Below are positions 47,501 to 56,598 of a DNA stretch of 64,000 nt, piece after piece. Source of the stretch: Promethearchaeota archaeon (GTDB lineage Archaea; Asgardarchaeota; Lokiarchaeia; Sigyniarchaeales; SOKP01); NCBI GenBank assembly GCA_019058295.1, contig JAHPZI010000006.1, positions 1 through 64,000 of the forward strand. Direction: 5' to 3'. The position numbers and the translations under genes are program-made. The stretch's first letter is position 1; every line of letters begins with the position of its first letter. The notes under the pieces are model-generated. The model was not told the DNA's origin. It did not search any database and worked only from the letters and a program-made list of their open reading frames with translations.

Positions 47501-49901
47501 TAGTATGATTATCTCCGGTAAGACCAAATAAATCGAAAAATGAATCGGTTGAATTTCCTGATTCAAGTCCAACTTCCGTTGCATGTGTTAAAGTAGAGTA
47601 AGGCCAATAATCATACCATAGAATATCATTCCTATCTAAAGGATTGTGCCAACTATTTGGAATCTCACCATATGTTCTATGATATATATCACCCTCTTTC
47701 GATTCTAAACCAGAGGGACTAATGAAGGTTCCATCATTTTTGAAATCTCGATAATATTTATAAGGGAAATCGACTAAAGGTCTTTCCCAGATTATTTCAG
47801 CATTTTTACCGCTAATTGCCAAGAATCTTGTATAGGGTGCTAATAATGCTCTATTGATTGCTTCTTCCCTGTAATTATTTTCACCGTCCTCATCATAAGA
47901 TGTTATTGAAACGGTTGATTGTCCAGTAAGATCTTTAATATAATCTTCGAGCTCTGGAGGATATGCACTCGGCATTATCCATCCAGCATAATCATCAATA
48001 TTATCATCATCAATATCCCCGATGTTAACAATATCTCTAAATCCCTCGTAATAATTAATGGGGGATTTAGTCTCCCATATTACTCTTCCTGTTGCTCCAC
48101 TAATGGTCAAGAATTCAGAGATCAAAGTTTCATCCTCAGTAGGGTCTCCATCCTGTATCTTATACGATTGCCAGCAATTAACCCCCATATCTTCACCTTC
48201 AAATTCCCTCCATGTTGGGTCAAAACTACTGATTCTCTGAAATAGGAAGTCTCGTACTTTATCACCATCAATATCTTCAATCTGAATCAGTTCTGTACCT
48301 CCCGTTGCTTTAGATCTAGACCATAGAATTTGCCCGTTTTTCGTATCGATAAGCATATATTTACCATCATCACCAATAGCAAACAAATCATCAACACCAT
48401 CATCATTAGTATCTCCTACATTTAATAAATACTTACCAACAGTATCAGTATCGTCATAATCATCGTCCCAGTCATCTCCCGTCCTAACGACAATAGATGA
48501 TCCCGATGAGTCCAAGCCGTAGGAAAAATAATCATTATAGTAAATACCCTGATAATTTGAACCTTGACCTGTCGCACCTTCAAAATTATTTCTAAAGAAA
48601 TATCCTCTAGTCTTTGATCCTACATTAATGAATTCTGGATATGAAGCTGTATAAAGAGTATTATCGTAATCAAATTCACCTCCACTTATGTCTTCAATAG
48701 AATCACCATCAAAATTAAAAATAACACCCTCAAACTCGACCTCTTCTAAATTATTAAAATCCTCATCAGAATATTCCAGATGGTACGCAATTGCTATATA
48801 TTCTTTTGAACCGTCTCCATTAATGTCAATGGTATTTAATAATTTCATTCCAGCATGTTGAAAAATTCTCCGTTCACAGCTATAAGGGGAAGTTAATATC
48901 TCATTAGTTGATCCCACTTCATCATCATATTCTGGTATTTCATAAAGTTCATAGCTATCTATTTCTTCACCATCATCACCTGAGACCGCATATAAATATC
49001 CGTCATCTGTAGAAACTATTATATCATCACCGGATATAAGTATATCATCAATAGAGCTATCTACTTCTTTCTCTACTACCACTGCTAAGCTTCTAACTAA
49101 TATCGTTGTTGAAGGAGCTATTTCTGAAGTCCACTCAAGTTCTCCAGTATCCATATCAACTGCTACTAATTCTCCTGCTTCTGAACCCGCAATAATTTTA
49201 TCATCTAATTGTTCAATGTTCCAGATATCATTAGTACAAGCATCATCATTTACCCAAATTTCATCTCCCTCATCTCCCTCTAAAGCAATAATCCTATTCC
49301 AAGAGGAAATGACAACATCTTGGCCGTCTTGATCATCAATATCATCAACTACTTCAACATCCCATGTATAGGTAGTAAATTCTCGAACAGCAAAAGTCTC
49401 AGAATCATACCCTTTAACTCTTGGATCGTATTTCCAAATCTCACGCCCATCATCTGAAGCAATAGCAATGACATTAGCGTGATCTCTGTCGTATACCACC
49501 AAAACTATGTCTTTCAACCCATCTCCGGAAAGATCATTAATTAAATCAAATGCAATTACATCTCCAAATGTCATATAACTCATGCTTATGACACCATCCA
49601 ATGAGAGTGTTGCAATTCCTCCGTCAGTTCCTATAACAATGAATTCTTCTCCTCCATCTTCAAAGGTAACCTTTTGAGGCTGCATACTCGCTCCCTCACC
49701 TGGCATTCCACTTCCAAATCTCCATAATAATGAATCAATATCTTCATCTCCATTTTCTTTAGGTTCCTCGTAGTAATAATCTATTAAAGGAGGCAATATA
49801 ATCGCAAGAATTGGCACTGCTACTAATGCTGCTATTATCCCCATCGATATTGGTTTCTTATGTTTTTTAACAAATGGTTTGAGCTTAGATTTAAATTCCA
49901 T
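44589..49901 (-). CDS. 1770-aa acidic surface protein with FG-GAP/VCBS and PQQ-like propeller repeats, N- and C-terminal TM
   Basis: Repeated D-x-[NDST]-x-D-G loops (DLSGDGLKD, DINGDGSKE, DTNDDGVDD, DIDGDKVRD, DLTGDGYYE, DFNGDGKDE, DFTGDRRSE); DGREIW and TGELEW propeller motifs. Confidence 0.85.
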   Translation of the reverse strand: MEFKSKLKPFVKKHKKPISMGIIAALVAVPILAIILPPLIDYYYEEPKENGDEDIDSLLWRFGSGMPGEGASMQPQKVTFEDGGEEFIVIGTDGGIATLSLDGVISMSYMTFGDVIAFDLINDLSGDGLKDIVLVVYDRDHANVIAIASDDGREIWKYDPRVKGYDSETFAVREFTTYTWDVEVVDDIDDQDGQDVVISSWNRIIALEGDEGDEIWVNDDACTNDIWNIEQLDDKIIAGSEAGELVAVDMDTGELEWTSEIAPSTTILVRSLAVVVEKEVDSSIDDILISGDDIIVSTDDGYLYAVSGDDGEEIDSYELYEIPEYDDEVGSTNEILTSPYSCERRIFQHAGMKLLNTIDINGDGSKEYIAIAYHLEYSDEDFNNLEEVEFEGVIFNFDGDSIEDISGGEFDYDNTLYTASYPEFINVGSKTRGYFFRNNFEGATGQGSNYQGIYYNDYFSYGLDSSGSSIVVRTGDDWDDDYDDTDTVGKYLLNVGDTNDDGVDDLFAIGDDGKYMLIDTKNGQILWSRSKATGGTELIQIEDIDGDKVRDFLFQRISSFDPTWREFEGEDMGVNCWQSYKIQDGDPTEDETLISEFLTISGATGRVIWETKSPINYYEGFRDIVNIGDIDDDNIDDYAGWIMPSAYPPELEDYIKDLTGQSTVSITSYDEDGENNYREEAINRALLAPYTRFLAISGKNAEIIWERPLVDFPYKYYRDFKNDGTFISPSGLESKEGDIYHRTYGEIPNSWHNPLDRNDILWYDYWPYSTLTHATEVGLESGNSTDSFFDLFGLTGDNHTITSTDATADIKTGAAVISSSEDTEKEDNNFWTVDSVSSGGKQRIAIEMAFNQPLDLGILPNYLIVDYIGNLSKVVDEIEISIFDFFINDWRSIGPNSINSTTVQTWQFLEDEWAEVVDFVDDDNNNLVKIRIDAEHSSSFDLSIDELVVNYLYELGNYTIKAEDLDEDNIWQIILNFTIPLEFGTDYHALTQIERISALKLQTMIAANITIEPADFKYEIYNENGNTWEKMQIDASQRTLDNNDYNLSQWIGRYNDDTTNPGGFRNNHLSFNLTTTYRNDSVFVIQRGTYNTTEVWGVDNGVRFDYENKSLLTPFLGSDNTLRLRITINHTSPFNISIDSFGVALFYWGVFGNEWDQYYVYNLETDQWDENLDNILNLKIQDFEVINGNGDEYPDVLVVAGFETCSDWSSRLILYDVKNQSVSTQWGHDCRAKVPYNRVSATYLNHSLNGWILSGTFQVPSTKFSHRYINDADWDNAITNYDNYIDPTISYNDAMSLNYSQWSFYEIPGTTEYKSGKLGLILGDYDTENNLQRIKIIDPYTQSLVCYINLLNLDPLGRSEWTRVKNDFRPTYIGYKIKFSYADLTGDGYYEHLASAHWGRSIRIFSGSSGSPGDAIVDIDLEEIIEDGKISENYEEGNRIVSDERTFTLPFAYTSDLNEDNILDGIIGTQSCKSGWDDNLYSKGAAILPLDIAHSSGVELEKIEPDEWDYGDDVGDDDDDDDDDDSGFAKEAWELEPYEQTYDWEDVTYEFFDVIENIGDFNGDGKDEIICSHNTYTRSEDAYITGSITDLLDIYNQELLYRFNLGSVDGIYLTDDFTGDRRSEFIIASGESFFCINSEFEVEFSDLEDDEDNEMSSSRFTIEWETDADYDFFELIIDGNVYNRTESLSCKVSLGPGEKNVQIFMYDKSGIVIAVDEVTIIVPVDYSMFILTAIIAVVISALVIFYKRNKKRKANIVLVDKEKEMEEIQI
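45328..45370. repeat. Imperfect (TCA)n tract encoding poly-Asp in the 1770-aa protein
   Basis: tcatcatcatcatcatcgtcatcatcatcaccaacatcatcac, translating to GDDVGDDDDDDDDD. Confidence 0.85.
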
Positions 49902-50173
49902 TTTTTATCACATTTGTAATTAAATAGTTTTTTTATTAGATAAAAGATGAAAAAAATTAAGATGTCTATTTATTTAAAGCTTTAGTAAAATTAATTGATG
50001 AAAAAAGAGCGTTAATTATATGAATAATCTTAAAAATCCCTTAAATTAACTGAAAATAGCAAATGGGTGTAATTAATATGTCAAAAAAAAACCGGCATTA
50101 TTCTAGACTTAATAGGAGGGTTTCTTGCCAATTTTTCGACGAGTTTTTCTTTTTTTATTTTACAGAACGAGTT

Positions 50174-50959
50174 TTAATCTTCTTTTGGCAATTCCTCAGG
50201 TATTTGGAACGCATTAAATAATGTATCTAAATCCCCGCTTTTATTAAATTTTTCTTCGGTAAAAATAGGAATTGAAACTTGTAATAATTTAGTTTTAGGT
50301 TTATCTTTTTCGTGAATATATAATTCAATTCCCTGCATTTTTCTATCATTTATAATTAGACGGGGTGTGTAATTCTTAAAAAAAGTAAAACCTCTATTTA
50401 ACCTTCCTAATTTCAAGGGTTTTTTGATTTCCTTTTTTTCTGTTAAAAAAGATTCGGTTATCTCTTCATCAGTATATATATCTCCTCCTACAATCATAAA
50501 TTTTCTTATAAAATTTTCAGGGGGAGGAATTTGGTTTATATATTCTAATGATTGCTTTACACGCATCACTGGAAATATTTTAATATTAGCCTTAACTTTA
50601 AATCCACCTTCAAACTCTATAAAATCTTTTTTTCCAATAGCTAGTGCTCCTCCTCCACTAAGTGGTTTTTCCATTATATCTTGAAAAGTTTCATCTTTTT
50701 TAGAAAATTTGTTTAAAGGAGATATATTATATCTTAATTTAAGTTGTTGTTTAAGCATTTGTGCTAATCTATTACCATACATTTGTAATTTGAAAGAACT
50801 TTTATAACCATTATAAGTCCAAATTCTATTCATATTATGATCAACTATAAGGTAAACTTTGTTCTCTTTTATTACATCACTAACGATTTCACCTTCATGA
50901 ATTTCCTTAGTCATCATATAAGGAAATTCGTCTAATTTAACAACCTCAAAGACTTGCAT
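50174..50959 (-). CDS. Protein with divergent N-terminal gelsolin-like domain and unknown C-terminal domain
   Basis: NKVYLIVDHNMNRIWTYNG.KSS.K...G..LA matches the gelsolin beta-beta-G-x-x-S-helix pattern. Confidence 0.55.
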   Translation of the reverse strand: MQVFEVVKLDEFPYMMTKEIHEGEIVSDVIKENKVYLIVDHNMNRIWTYNGYKSSFKLQMYGNRLAQMLKQQLKLRYNISPLNKFSKKDETFQDIMEKPLSGGGALAIGKKDFIEFEGGFKVKANIKIFPVMRVKQSLEYINQIPPPENFIRKFMIVGGDIYTDEEITESFLTEKKEIKKPLKLGRLNRGFTFFKNYTPRLIINDRKMQGIELYIHEKDKPKTKLLQVSIPIFTEEKFNKSGDLDTLFNAFQIPEELPKED

Positions 50960-51089
50960 AGAATATCCTAAAAATTTCTTTTTGTGTCAAATAAGCTATT
51001 ATTCAATAAAATATTTAAATTTTCATACCCTTTATTACTCAATTTTCTTTTTATAAGTTTACGATCTTCCTTTTGTAAGTTTGATAAAA

Positions 51090-51491
51090 ATGAGTTCTGA
51101 GAAAAGAGTATATAAATTAAATATTTCTGGTGGAAACAAAGGTCCTGGAAAGGGATTATCCAAATTAGTACAAATTGACGAGAATAAATTTAGATTTGAT
51201 GGCATGAAAATTGGAGATTCCATAAAAGGGGGATTAATTGGATTTCCTAACTACGAATTTGAGATTACAGGAGGGAGTGATGCTTCCGGTTTTCCAATAC
51301 GAAAAGACGTGCATGGTCCCGTAAAGAAAAAGATTTTAGTTTCCAAACGAGCTATAGGGTATAAACCCACAAGGAAAGGGCAAAAAAGGAGAAAAACGGT
51401 AAGAGGGAACGAAATAACCCACGATATAACTTTAATTAATCTCAAAGTTATAAAATATGGAGAAGTAGAACTTTTTAAAACAAAAGAATAA
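51090..51491 (+). CDS. rps6e: 30S ribosomal protein S6e
   Basis: EITGGSDASGFPIRKDVHG, GQKRRKTVRGNEI. Confidence 0.95.
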   Translation: MSSEKRVYKLNISGGNKGPGKGLSKLVQIDENKFRFDGMKIGDSIKGGLIGFPNYEFEITGGSDASGFPIRKDVHGPVKKKILVSKRAIGYKPTRKGQKRRKTVRGNEITHDITLINLKVIKYGEVELFKTKE

Positions 51492-51510
51492 GATAAGAAG
51501 GTGACTTGAG

Positions 51511-51693
51511 ATAGTTAAGGTTAAGAAATGTTCTTTCTGTGGCTTCGACATCCCCATTGGAAGAGGGATAATGTTTGTTAGGGGAGATGGTACTATTCTA
51601 AACTTTTGTACAGCAAAATGCAGAAAATCAATGTTAAAATACAAGAAAAATCCGAGGAAAACTCGCTGGACTGCCCACTACGGCAAGCATTAA
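51511..51693 (+). CDS. rpl24e: 50S ribosomal protein L24e; ATA start, missing from the ORF track
   Basis: (M)VKVKKCSFCGFDIPIGRGIMFVRGDGTILNFCTAKCRKSMLKYKKNPRKTRWTAHYGKH*. Confidence 0.93.
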   Translation: MVKVKKCSFCGFDIPIGRGIMFVRGDGTILNFCTAKCRKSMLKYKKNPRKTRWTAHYGKH

Positions 51694-51736
51694 AAATACT
51701 ATTTTTAAAAAAGAACAGCGTAAATCTACCTATCAC

Positions 51737-51937
51737 TTATTGAAGTCGTGGAAATTTTAAGAGATCATCGATTAGGTCAACATGCGAAACCACCATCCTG
51801 CGGCAGCAAAATCTATCAATACCTAGCTGAGTAAAGGCATCTTCAGAACTTACACCTTTTTCTAATAAATCAAGATAAGGTTGATAGATATGAGCGATAA
51901 GTTTACCACAAGAAAAGCATCTGATAGGAATAATCAT
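51737..51937 (-). CDS. rpoN: RNA polymerase subunit N (Rpo10/RPB10)
   Basis: MIIPIRCFSCGK...RFCCRRM..SHVDL. Confidence 0.96.
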   Translation of the reverse strand: MIIPIRCFSCGKLIAHIYQPYLDLLEKGVSSEDAFTQLGIDRFCCRRMVVSHVDLIDDLLKFPRLQ

Positions 51938-52089
51938 TATAATTAATTAAAAGATCCATCCTAAAAAAATTTTGATATTTTCAGCTCTAAATCATAAATC
52001 TTATTTTATAGTATATACTTATTTTCTCATTATAGACTCTATGATTAATGAAAATATATATTAATATATTAGAATGAGATGATAATGAA

Positions 52090-52461
52090 ATGTCATATGT
52101 TAAGTTTAAAGTTCCAGATAAATTAAAAGAATCAATTAAGAGTATTTTAAATGCTATCGCTGATACAAAAGATTCAAAAATCCGCAAGGGGATGAATGAA
52201 GTTACTAAAAGCATAGAACGAGGTCAAGCTAAATTTGTTGTGATGGCTGAAGATGTATCCCCTCCAGAAATATTATATCATGTACCTCTCCTATGTGAAG
52301 AGAAGAATATTCCTTATGCTTATATTACGACTAAAAAGAATTTAGGAAATGCAGCAAATTTAAATATTGGAGCTTCTTCAATCGCAATTGATAATGTTGG
52401 CACAGGAAATGAAAAGATATTAGATGATATAATAAAGCAGGTTGGAGCATTAAAAAAATAA
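52090..52461 (+). CDS. rpl7ae: 50S ribosomal protein L7Ae
   Basis: KIRKGMNEVTKSIERG, AEDVSPPEI..HVPLLCEEK. Confidence 0.96.
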   Translation: MSYVKFKVPDKLKESIKSILNAIADTKDSKIRKGMNEVTKSIERGQAKFVVMAEDVSPPEILYHVPLLCEEKNIPYAYITTKKNLGNAANLNIGASSIAIDNVGTGNEKILDDIIKQVGALKK

Positions 52462-52474
52462 TTGGTGAACCCTT

Positions 52475-52723
52475 TTGGCTAAACTTGATAAATCAAAAAG
52501 TATTGGGATGGTGGATCAATCAATTCCAGCTCAAGTTATTGCCGTTGTTGGGCGTACAGGACTTCATGGGGAGGTAACTCAAGTTAAAGTCCGTATCCTT
52601 GAAGGTAGAGATAAAAACAGAATTCTTACGAGAAATGTTAAGGGGCCTATAAGACTGGATGACATAATCATATTACGAGAAGTCGAGAGAGAAGCTCGAA
52701 AGCTGCGCGGTCGCAGACATTAA
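52475..52723 (+). CDS. rps28e: 30S ribosomal protein S28e
   Basis: [29 protein letters not shown]. Confidence 0.95.
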   Translation: MAKLDKSKSIGMVDQSIPAQVIAVVGRTGLHGEVTQVKVRILEGRDKNRILTRNVKGPIRLDDIIILREVEREARKLRGRRH

Positions 52724-52770
52724 ATAAATGGTTCTTTTTCAAGCAAGGAAAATAAGAAGAATAAAAGTGG

Positions 52771-52983
52771 TTAGTCATTTTTATTGTTTTCAAAAAATTC
52801 GAGTAGTTCTAGATTTGTATCGTATTCTTTATATAGGAATTCTCTTAGAGCAGTTCTAATAGCTTCTGATCTGGATGCGATTAACTTTTTAGAAATGAGA
52901 TATTGAATGTTCTTTTCATAATTTTCAGGTAAATTTATTGTTATATTTTTCATGGGAGGTTTACCTTCTTTTTTATCTTTCAT
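52771..52983 (-). CDS. Ribbon-helix-helix (CopG-like) DNA-binding protein
   Basis: NITINLPE...SRSEAIRTALREFL. Confidence 0.85.
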   Translation of the reverse strand: MKDKKEGKPPMKNITINLPENYEKNIQYLISKKLIASRSEAIRTALREFLYKEYDTNLELLEFFENNKND

Positions 52984-53246
52984 TTAATTCGCTTCCATTA
53001 ATATTTGAGATGCATTGGTATTTTAGAGTTTAAAAGTCATTGGAATTAAAATTTTATTTTTATTTCTCATAAAGAGAAGCCCATAATATATTCCTATTGT
53101 ATTTTAATATAAGTATAATAATTAGAAGTGTAATATATATATTTGCTTCTATATAATGCGCTCTATATCAGATATAAGAGATTTAATTGAACGATTTAAA
53201 TTCATGTTTATAATATCATTGAAAAAATTTTATTTAAAATTCGAAA

Positions 53247-53906
53247 TTACAATCTTTCTTCCTTTTTGACGTATCTTCCCCGTGTTTCAATAACATCAAT
53301 GTTTTTTATTATTTGATGATTTTCTTCTGTTGCTTCTTTACGATATTGTTGGTGATAACCTGTTAGAAATGCATTAAAACACATATTAAAATCTTTACCA
53401 TGGGTGGAAATCAGTATTCTTTTTAATAAATGGAGATCAACGCTCTTATCTTCAATTGAGTCCGAATATTCATGAAGTCCAAAATCAATAAAAAAGATTT
53501 TTTGATTTTTTGTGAGAATAATATTACTCGTCGTAATATCGCCGTGGATATGTCCGTTCATATGTAATATAGCAATATAACGACCAATTTCTTTAAAGAT
53601 TTCCTCTTTCCTCGAATTAGCTAACCTATCAAGAACATTCTTCAATTTTTCGCCCTCTATGTATTTCATTACTATTATTGAATTCTTAGTGTCAATTTCA
53701 TACACTTGAGGGACATTTAGTCCATAATTTTTAACCCTAATAAGGGCTCGAGCTTCGTTTAATGTACGAATATTTCTAATAGTTTTATCTAGTTCCTCAT
53801 TACGATATTTTTTAGGTATTCTGTATTTAAAAATAACTTTCTTGTCAAACCAATTTCCACAGTAAAGATTAGCTTCAGCACCTTTATGAATGATTTTTTC
53901 TTTCAT
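53247..53906 (-). CDS. bud32: KEOPS kinase Bud32
   Basis: KGAEA, RTLNEAR, HGDITTSN, IDFGL, DKSVDL, RGRY. Confidence 0.94.
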   Translation of the reverse strand: MKEKIIHKGAEANLYCGNWFDKKVIFKYRIPKKYRNEELDKTIRNIRTLNEARALIRVKNYGLNVPQVYEIDTKNSIIVMKYIEGEKLKNVLDRLANSRKEEIFKEIGRYIAILHMNGHIHGDITTSNIILTKNQKIFFIDFGLHEYSDSIEDKSVDLHLLKRILISTHGKDFNMCFNAFLTGYHQQYRKEATEENHQIIKNIDVIETRGRYVKKEERL

Positions 53907-53928
53907 AATATTCGAATCTATTGTAATC

Positions 53929-54942
53929 CTAATCCCTCCATGGCACAGTAATCTGATCCATTCTTTCTTTGGGTTTTATAAATGTATCTGAGATTTCTTG
54001 CCCTCCTTCCATCTTATATCGTAAAATACCAGTCCAACCAATCATAACCCCATTATCTCCAGCGTATTTAAGAGGTACTACTTCAAATCTTGCATTATGT
54101 TCTTTGCAAATATATTCAATCATTTTTTGTAATTTTTTATTTGCAGCAACTCCACCAGTTAGTAATACTTCTTTTTTTTCAGTATGGGCTAACGCTCTCT
54201 CTGTAACCTCCGTCAACATAGCGAAACATGTTTCTTGAACTGAATAGGCTACATCGCTTAAATTATAATTCTTACCATATTGCTCCGATTCTATTAATCT
54301 TTTAGCAGCAGTATATAGTCCAGAAAAAGATAAATCCATACCTTTCACTACATAGGGCAATTCTAAGTAATTATTTGATTTTTGAGCTAATTTTTCTATT
54401 TTCGGTCCACCTGGATGGGCTAATCCTGCATCTCTAGCAAATGAATCCAACATATTTCCTATTGACAAATCTAGGGTTTCTCCAAATATCTGATATCTAG
54501 CAGATTCAAAAGCGCTTACAATTGTATTCCCTCCAGATACATACAAAGTGAGGGGATCTTCAATATTGCACATTAAACGTCCAATTTCGATATGTGCGAT
54601 GCAATGATTTACTCCGATAATTGGAATTTTTAAAATTTGACTGAGCATACGTGCTATAATAGCACCTATTTTCAATACTTGTCCAAGACCAGGACTATCG
54701 CTAAATGCAATAAGACCAATATCTTTTATTGAACAATTTGCATTTGAAAGTGCGTTTTTTATAGTTATCATAAAGTTGTTTAAATGATGTTCTTTTACTA
54801 AGACGGGATGCAATCCTCCCTCTTTAGGGGTATAAATGTCGTTTACAAGGCTATAAACATTCCCTTCAAAATCTAAAACTCCAACACCAAAAGTATGCGC
54901 TGTGCTTTCTATGCCAAGACAGATTTTTTTTTTGGATTCCAT
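53929..54942 (-). CDS. kae1: KEOPS tRNA t6A synthase Kae1
   Basis: GIESTAHT, NHCIAHIE, YVSGGNT, GMDLSFSG, GGVAAN, DNGVMI. Confidence 0.96.
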   Translation of the reverse strand: MESKKKICLGIESTAHTFGVGVLDFEGNVYSLVNDIYTPKEGGLHPVLVKEHHLNNFMITIKNALSNANCSIKDIGLIAFSDSPGLGQVLKIGAIIARMLSQILKIPIIGVNHCIAHIEIGRLMCNIEDPLTLYVSGGNTIVSAFESARYQIFGETLDLSIGNMLDSFARDAGLAHPGGPKIEKLAQKSNNYLELPYVVKGMDLSFSGLYTAAKRLIESEQYGKNYNLSDVAYSVQETCFAMLTEVTERALAHTEKKEVLLTGGVAANKKLQKMIEYICKEHNARFEVVPLKYAGDNGVMIGWTGILRYKMEGGQEISDTFIKPKERMDQITVPWRD

Positions 54943-55073
54943 ATATTTTACCTAATTTATTTATGAACTTATTTTTTATTTGAAAAGAGACCTATTAATA
55001 ATTGAGATATAATTGTGCGTAAAAGAAAATTATAAAGAGAATTTTTATTATTTTATTAATATGGTTAAATATA

Positions 55074-55286
55074 TTATCTCGATTTAATACGTTTTCGAGG
55101 AGATCTTCTTTTGGACGTTTGAGTCTTTTTTCCTTTTCTTTTAAAAACTGTATAAGCACAACGTCCACAACTCCAACGATCATAATGGTCCGCTAGAAAA
55201 AATCCTACACCACATTTTGGACATTGCCTGTGGGTTCTAATTAATTTATCATCTTCAATTTTATAATATTTTGATGCATCAGTCAT
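55074..55286 (-). CDS. rps27ae: 30S ribosomal protein S27ae with basic C-terminal tail
   Basis: YYKIE...[19 protein letters not shown]. Confidence 0.94.
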   Translation of the reverse strand: MTDASKYYKIEDDKLIRTHRQCPKCGVGFFLADHYDRWSCGRCAYTVFKRKGKKTQTSKRRSPRKRIKSR

Positions 55287-55312
55287 TTAAAACTCGCATT
55301 ATTATTGTTTTA

Positions 55313-55669
55313 TTATTTATAATCAAATAGATGTTTATAATTTTCCTTCTTTTTCTTAAGTTTGTAAATATTTTCTCTTTTATCTTTTGGTAAATTTCGC
55401 ACTTGTATGTGAAAAGGTTCAAAGTATTGAAGTTCTTCCACATTATCATATATATATACTTTTGCAATGTCTTGGGTTGCCCCAAAATGAGTTTGAATAT
55501 TTTTTATGATAGTAAGTGTTTCGTTGGATGTTTTTAAAGCTGATATTTTCTTTTTTATTTCAAGTCTATTTGGAGTTCCTCCACTCATTCTATCTATTCT
55601 AACTTTTAATTCTATTCTATCAATTAATAGATTCTTTTTTTCTTCCAAAATTTCTACTTCGAACGACAT
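55313..55669 (-). CDS. rps24e: 30S ribosomal protein S24e
   Basis: N.LIDR.E, TPNR.EIK, T.FG....AKVY; conserved position between DUF359 and rps27ae. Confidence 0.9.
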   Translation of the reverse strand: MSFEVEILEEKKNLLIDRIELKVRIDRMSGGTPNRLEIKKKISALKTSNETLTIIKNIQTHFGATQDIAKVYIYDNVEELQYFEPFHIQVRNLPKDKRENIYKLKKKKENYKHLFDYK

Positions 55670-55752
55670 ACTTAAAATATAAAATTATGAATAAGAAATA
55701 AAATTTTGTATTTTATAATTAAAATAATAAAAAGAGAGAAAGCTATAAAAAT

Positions 55753-56346
55753 TTAAAATTTTTCCATTAGATTTATATATTTTTTGACTTTATTTTGAAT
55801 TTCTAAATTGACATCTACAAGTACAATTCCTTCAGGAATGATAGTCCTTGCATCCGTAATTGGAGGCTGCCCATAAAAAATAAAATTCTTAACATTCTCT
55901 TCCAATGGAAGTTCTAATACTATAGGTAAGACTAATAAATCCTCCTCTCCTTTTGTAATTTTAAGTAAAGTTTTTTTTTTAGATTCAATGATATTTTTTA
56001 ATAGAGACCAGCTTTCTTTTTGAATAGTTCCTTTAGGATTTTCAAGTTCTACAATTTCCTCAAAATTCTCAGTTTCGATATAAATCTTCTTTCTCTGAGT
56101 TTTCTCATCAATGATACAGAGTTTTATAAACGTTTTTAGAAATTGATTAGCTAAGAAATCTTTAGTTACAATATCTCCTACTATATACAAATTGATTGAT
56201 AAACCAGATTTAATATAATTTTTGATAATATCTTCTACTTTTAGAAGCGTTTCTTCCCTCTTGCCAGATATTAATTTATCTAAAGGTTGAGCAAATTCAT
56301 ATCTTTTATCTTGGGGAATTTTTAAATTATATTCCATCCACATCAA
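55753..56346 (-). CDS. DUF359 protein (GTP-dependent dephospho-CoA kinase family)
   Basis: VGDIVT, IDEKTQR, NPKGTI, GEEDLLVLP, YGQP..GIV. Confidence 0.88.
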   Translation of the reverse strand: MMWMEYNLKIPQDKRYEFAQPLDKLISGKREETLLKVEDIIKNYIKSGLSINLYIVGDIVTKDFLANQFLKTFIKLCIIDEKTQRKKIYIETENFEEIVELENPKGTIQKESWSLLKNIIESKKKTLLKITKGEEDLLVLPIVLELPLEENVKNFIFYGQPPITDARTIIPEGIVLVDVNLEIQNKVKKYINLMEKF

Positions 56347-56396
56347 TGTAATATTAAATATGAATTCTAATTTATAGACTAAAATCTTAGAAAATT

Positions 56397-56594
56397 TTAA
56401 CGAACTCGTAGCGCATATTTGCCCGGCATTCCAACTTTAAGGTATTCAGCGATTTTTGATTCACCCGGTTTAAGAATAATAACCTCTCCCGTAAAATCGT
56501 CACTTAAAGTGTGAGTTTTGCATTTTGGGCAAACTTGCTCGCTTTTAGTTATAATATGGCACGTTTTACAAGCTTTTTCTTTAATAATAACCAC
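56397..56594 (-). CDS. spt4: Transcription elongation factor Spt4 (RpoE'')
   Basis: KACKTCH...CPKC...SDDFTG.VII..P..S.IA...PGKYALRV. Start is GTG 56594 or ATT 56585. Confidence 0.92.
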   Translation of the reverse strand: MVIIKEKACKTCHIITKSEQVCPKCKTHTLSDDFTGEVIILKPGESKIAEYLKVGMPGKYALRVR

Positions 56595-56598
56595 CCAT

